DNA of 64,000 bases. Origin: a bacterium (lineage in GTDB: Bacteria > SAR324 > NAC60-12). The notes beneath the pieces were generated by a model. The model was not told the DNA's origin. It was given only the letters and a program-made list of their open reading frames with translations, and did not search any database. Made by a program: the position numbers and the translations under genes. The stretch spans positions 32,001-96,000 of the forward strand of contig CBDDTI010000746.1 in NCBI GenBank assembly GCA_965233585.1, in the 5' to 3' direction. Shown here one piece after another: positions 61,944 to 64,000 of this stretch. Each line of letters begins with the position of its first letter. The first letter of the stretch is position 1.

Positions 61944-64000
61944 TTACGAACGAGCAGGAATTTCCACACCGCACAAGTAGTAAAAGGTTTTACTACCATA
62001 ATGTCTTCTACTCCAAGTGCCACTTGAGCCTGAATTAATGTTTACGACACGAGTCATAGTATCCCCCCCTGCGTTAGCAGTCAGATAATAAGTGCTAGTA
62101 CCACCGATTATATCTTTAGCTAGTGTCCTACCTCCGCCAGAGGTGGTTTCAGGCATGAAGTTGTGAGAATTGACATTTTGGTAACTGAACATGTTTTTGC
62201 AAGTATTAGCATCATAAGCTGGTACGGTATTGCCTTCTTTGCGATAGAACCAGAGTTTGCCGTCTTTGTCCAGATGGAAGTCATCACCTTTGAGCTTTGT
62301 GAATCCTCCAACATCAAACTCTTTGATGGCATTGGTGGAGTCATGGGTGTCGTTGTTGGTGGTGAATGACAGGACGTTGCCAGCCAAATCTTTAAGCGGT
62401 TTGGCACCGATGCTAGTCATAATCCCAATTTGATAAGTGGCATTGAGCTTCCAAGTTTCTTTGGGAATGATGACATGGTTCTTGCCATTTCCTTTTTTGA
62501 CAAAGACGGCATCGCAGTTGACAAAGCCATCAGCAGAGACAAGCAAGGTGTTTGCCGTGGTAGAGCAAGCACCTCTGGTGCTTTGAGAGACCAATGTCTG
62601 TTCTGTGTCTAATTTCAAAACAGAACGTCCATAGGCTTTGCCTGCTGAATCCTGCATTTTAGACATAGCACTCAAAGAACTTACATCAACCCAGACATCG
62701 TTGACTTCGCCTCCATCATTCCCTCCTAACACCCAGATTCTGTTGTTGAACACCAGACTGCTATGAGCCAAACGTGCTGCCCAGCCCGCAGAGGCAGTGC
62801 TTTCAGTCCAAGTGCTGCCGTCACTAGAAGACCAGACATCGTTTTTGTAGCCTCTTGCAGCCCCACCTAATACCCACATTTTTCCATTGAAAACAACAGC
62901 TTGATGAGAAACACGTGCTGCCCAATCTGCGGAGGCAGTGCTTTGAGTCCAATTGACGCCATCGCTAGAATGCCAGACATCGTTGACTCCGCCTCTAGAA
63001 TTCCCTCCTAGCACCCACATTTTTCCATTGAACACCACACTGCTATGACTAGAGCGAGCAGACCAGCCCGCAGAGGCAGTGCTTTGAGTCCAATTGACGC
63101 CATCGCTAGAAGACCAGACATCGTTTTTTCTGACTCTATCATTCCCTCCTAACACCCAGATTTTGCTATTAAACACCACACTGCTATGACTAGAGCGAGC
63201 AGACCAGCCCGCAGAGGCAGTGCTTTGAGTCCAATTGACGCCATCGCTAGAAGACCAGACATCGTTTTTATTGCTTCCATCATATCCTCCGATGACCCAG
63301 ATTTTGCCATTAAACACCACACTGCTATGACTAGAGCGAGCCGACCAGCCTGCTGAGTCCGTGGCTTCAGTCCAAGTGCTGCCATCGCTAGAGTACCAGA
63401 CATCGTTGACTACGCCTCCATCAGTCCCTCCTAACACCCAGATTTTGCCATTGAACAGGACACTACTATGCCCGTAACGTTCTGACCAGTCTGCTGAGTT
63501 TGTGGCTTCTTTCCAAACGGAGTTGATTTGCACAGCAGGACTTGCGGCAGACAGTGCGGAACAACCAGCCGAATTGCAGCCTTTGACTCTGTAATAGTAA
63601 GAGTCTGCTGGGAGGTCATGCTGTCCATAAGTCGTTGCTGTTGTTGTTGTTGCGGCAATTTGAAAAGCAGAGGCAGTGGTGGTGTGTGATTGGTACAATT
63701 TGTAACTGCTGGCTAGTGATGCAGCATTCCAGACCACTTTAACAGAATCAAGGGCTTCTTTGCTGGCACTGGCAATGGTCGGAATAGCAGGTTTTTCTAT
63801 CAACGTCACGTTTGTTTCACTGGATTTGGCAGATTCTCCCCCAATGTTCACAGCAGAGATTGTGTAGTAGTTGGTTGAGCCGCTGGTCAGTCCTGTATCA
63901 GTGTAGGAAAGGACTGAACCATCAAGAGTTGTATGGACTAAATTGTTGACACTGCCTGAAGTGGTGCCGTGATAGATTTTGTAACTGGTGGCGTCTGACA
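61944..64000 (-). CDS. large surface protein (FN3 domains, six kelch-like blades, C-terminal module shared with 18591); 5' end lies outside the window
   Basis: Frame stays open to 64000 (SDATSYKIYHGTTSG...YYTISAVN); 141-nt repeats at 62691, 62832, 62973, 63114, 63255, 63396. Confidence 0.85.
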   Translation of the reverse strand, partial: SDATSYKIYHGTTSGSVNNLVHTTLDGSVLSYTDTGLTSGSTNYYTISAVNIGGESAKSSETNVTLIEKPAIPTIASASKEALDSVKVVWNAASLASSYKLYQSHTTTASAFQIAATTTTATTYGQHDLPADSYYYRVKGCNSAGCSALSAASPAVQINSVWKEATNSADWSERYGHSSVLFNGKIWVLGGTDGGVVNDVWYSSDGSTWTEATDSAGWSARSSHSSVVFNGKIWVIGGYDGSNKNDVWSSSDGVNWTQSTASAGWSARSSHSSVVFNSKIWVLGGNDRVRKNDVWSSSDGVNWTQSTASAGWSARSSHSSVVFNGKMWVLGGNSRGGVNDVWHSSDGVNWTQSTASADWAARVSHQAVVFNGKMWVLGGAARGYKNDVWSSSDGSTWTESTASAGWAARLAHSSLVFNNRIWVLGGNDGGEVNDVWVDVSSLSAMSKMQDSAGKAYGRSVLKLDTEQTLVSQSTRGACSTTANTLLVSADGFVNCDAVFVKKGNGKNHVIIPKETWKLNATYQIGIMTSIGAKPLKDLAGNVLSFTTNNDTHDSTNAIKEFDVGGFTKLKGDDFHLDKDGKLWFYRKEGNTVPAYDANTCKNMFSYQNVNSHNFMPETTSGGGRTLAKDIIGGTSTYYLTANAGGDTMTRVVNINSGSSGTWSRRHYGSKTFYYLCGVEIPARS

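Noticed and set aside
1..64000. rRNA, tRNA or known riboswitches
   Set aside because: None recognised by eye; a covariance-model scan would be needed to exclude them

Overview
AT-rich bacterial chromosomal window. Gene content and protein style suggest a flagellated SAR324-like or deltaproteobacterial lineage (inference only). Housekeeping blocks are rimP-nusA-infB-rbfA-truB-rpsO-pnp; rsmI, yicC and cmk; plsY; rplM-rpsI; fliG; greA; cmoB; flgK-flgL-csrA-fliW; xseA; purC. They are interleaved with accessory loci that look like a surface-variation toolkit. (1) A lipoprotein gene is switched off by an (ATCCGCA)18 tract just after its start codon. (2) A giant FN3/Cys-repeat/SBBP-propeller lipoprotein gene is broken by a clean 760-bp IS1 with an 8-bp target duplication; its duplicated propeller blades differ at 19 codons, all non-synonymous, with none synonymous. 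(3) Two distant surface proteins share a C-terminal module with a divergent, lectin-like tip; one also carries a kelch propeller with hypervariable loops. (4) There are two five-copy tandem arrays of variable-length coiled-coil proteins, one membrane-anchored and one with a PD-(D/E)XK domain, plus a DUF1640-type gene. (5) Mosaics of GTCAT-type palindromes and GTAG-type REPs cluster around these loci. A DdeI-like restriction-modification cassette with a frameshifted endonuclease sits inside the flagellar operon. I found no rRNA, tRNA, CRISPR array, reverse transcriptase or integrase.
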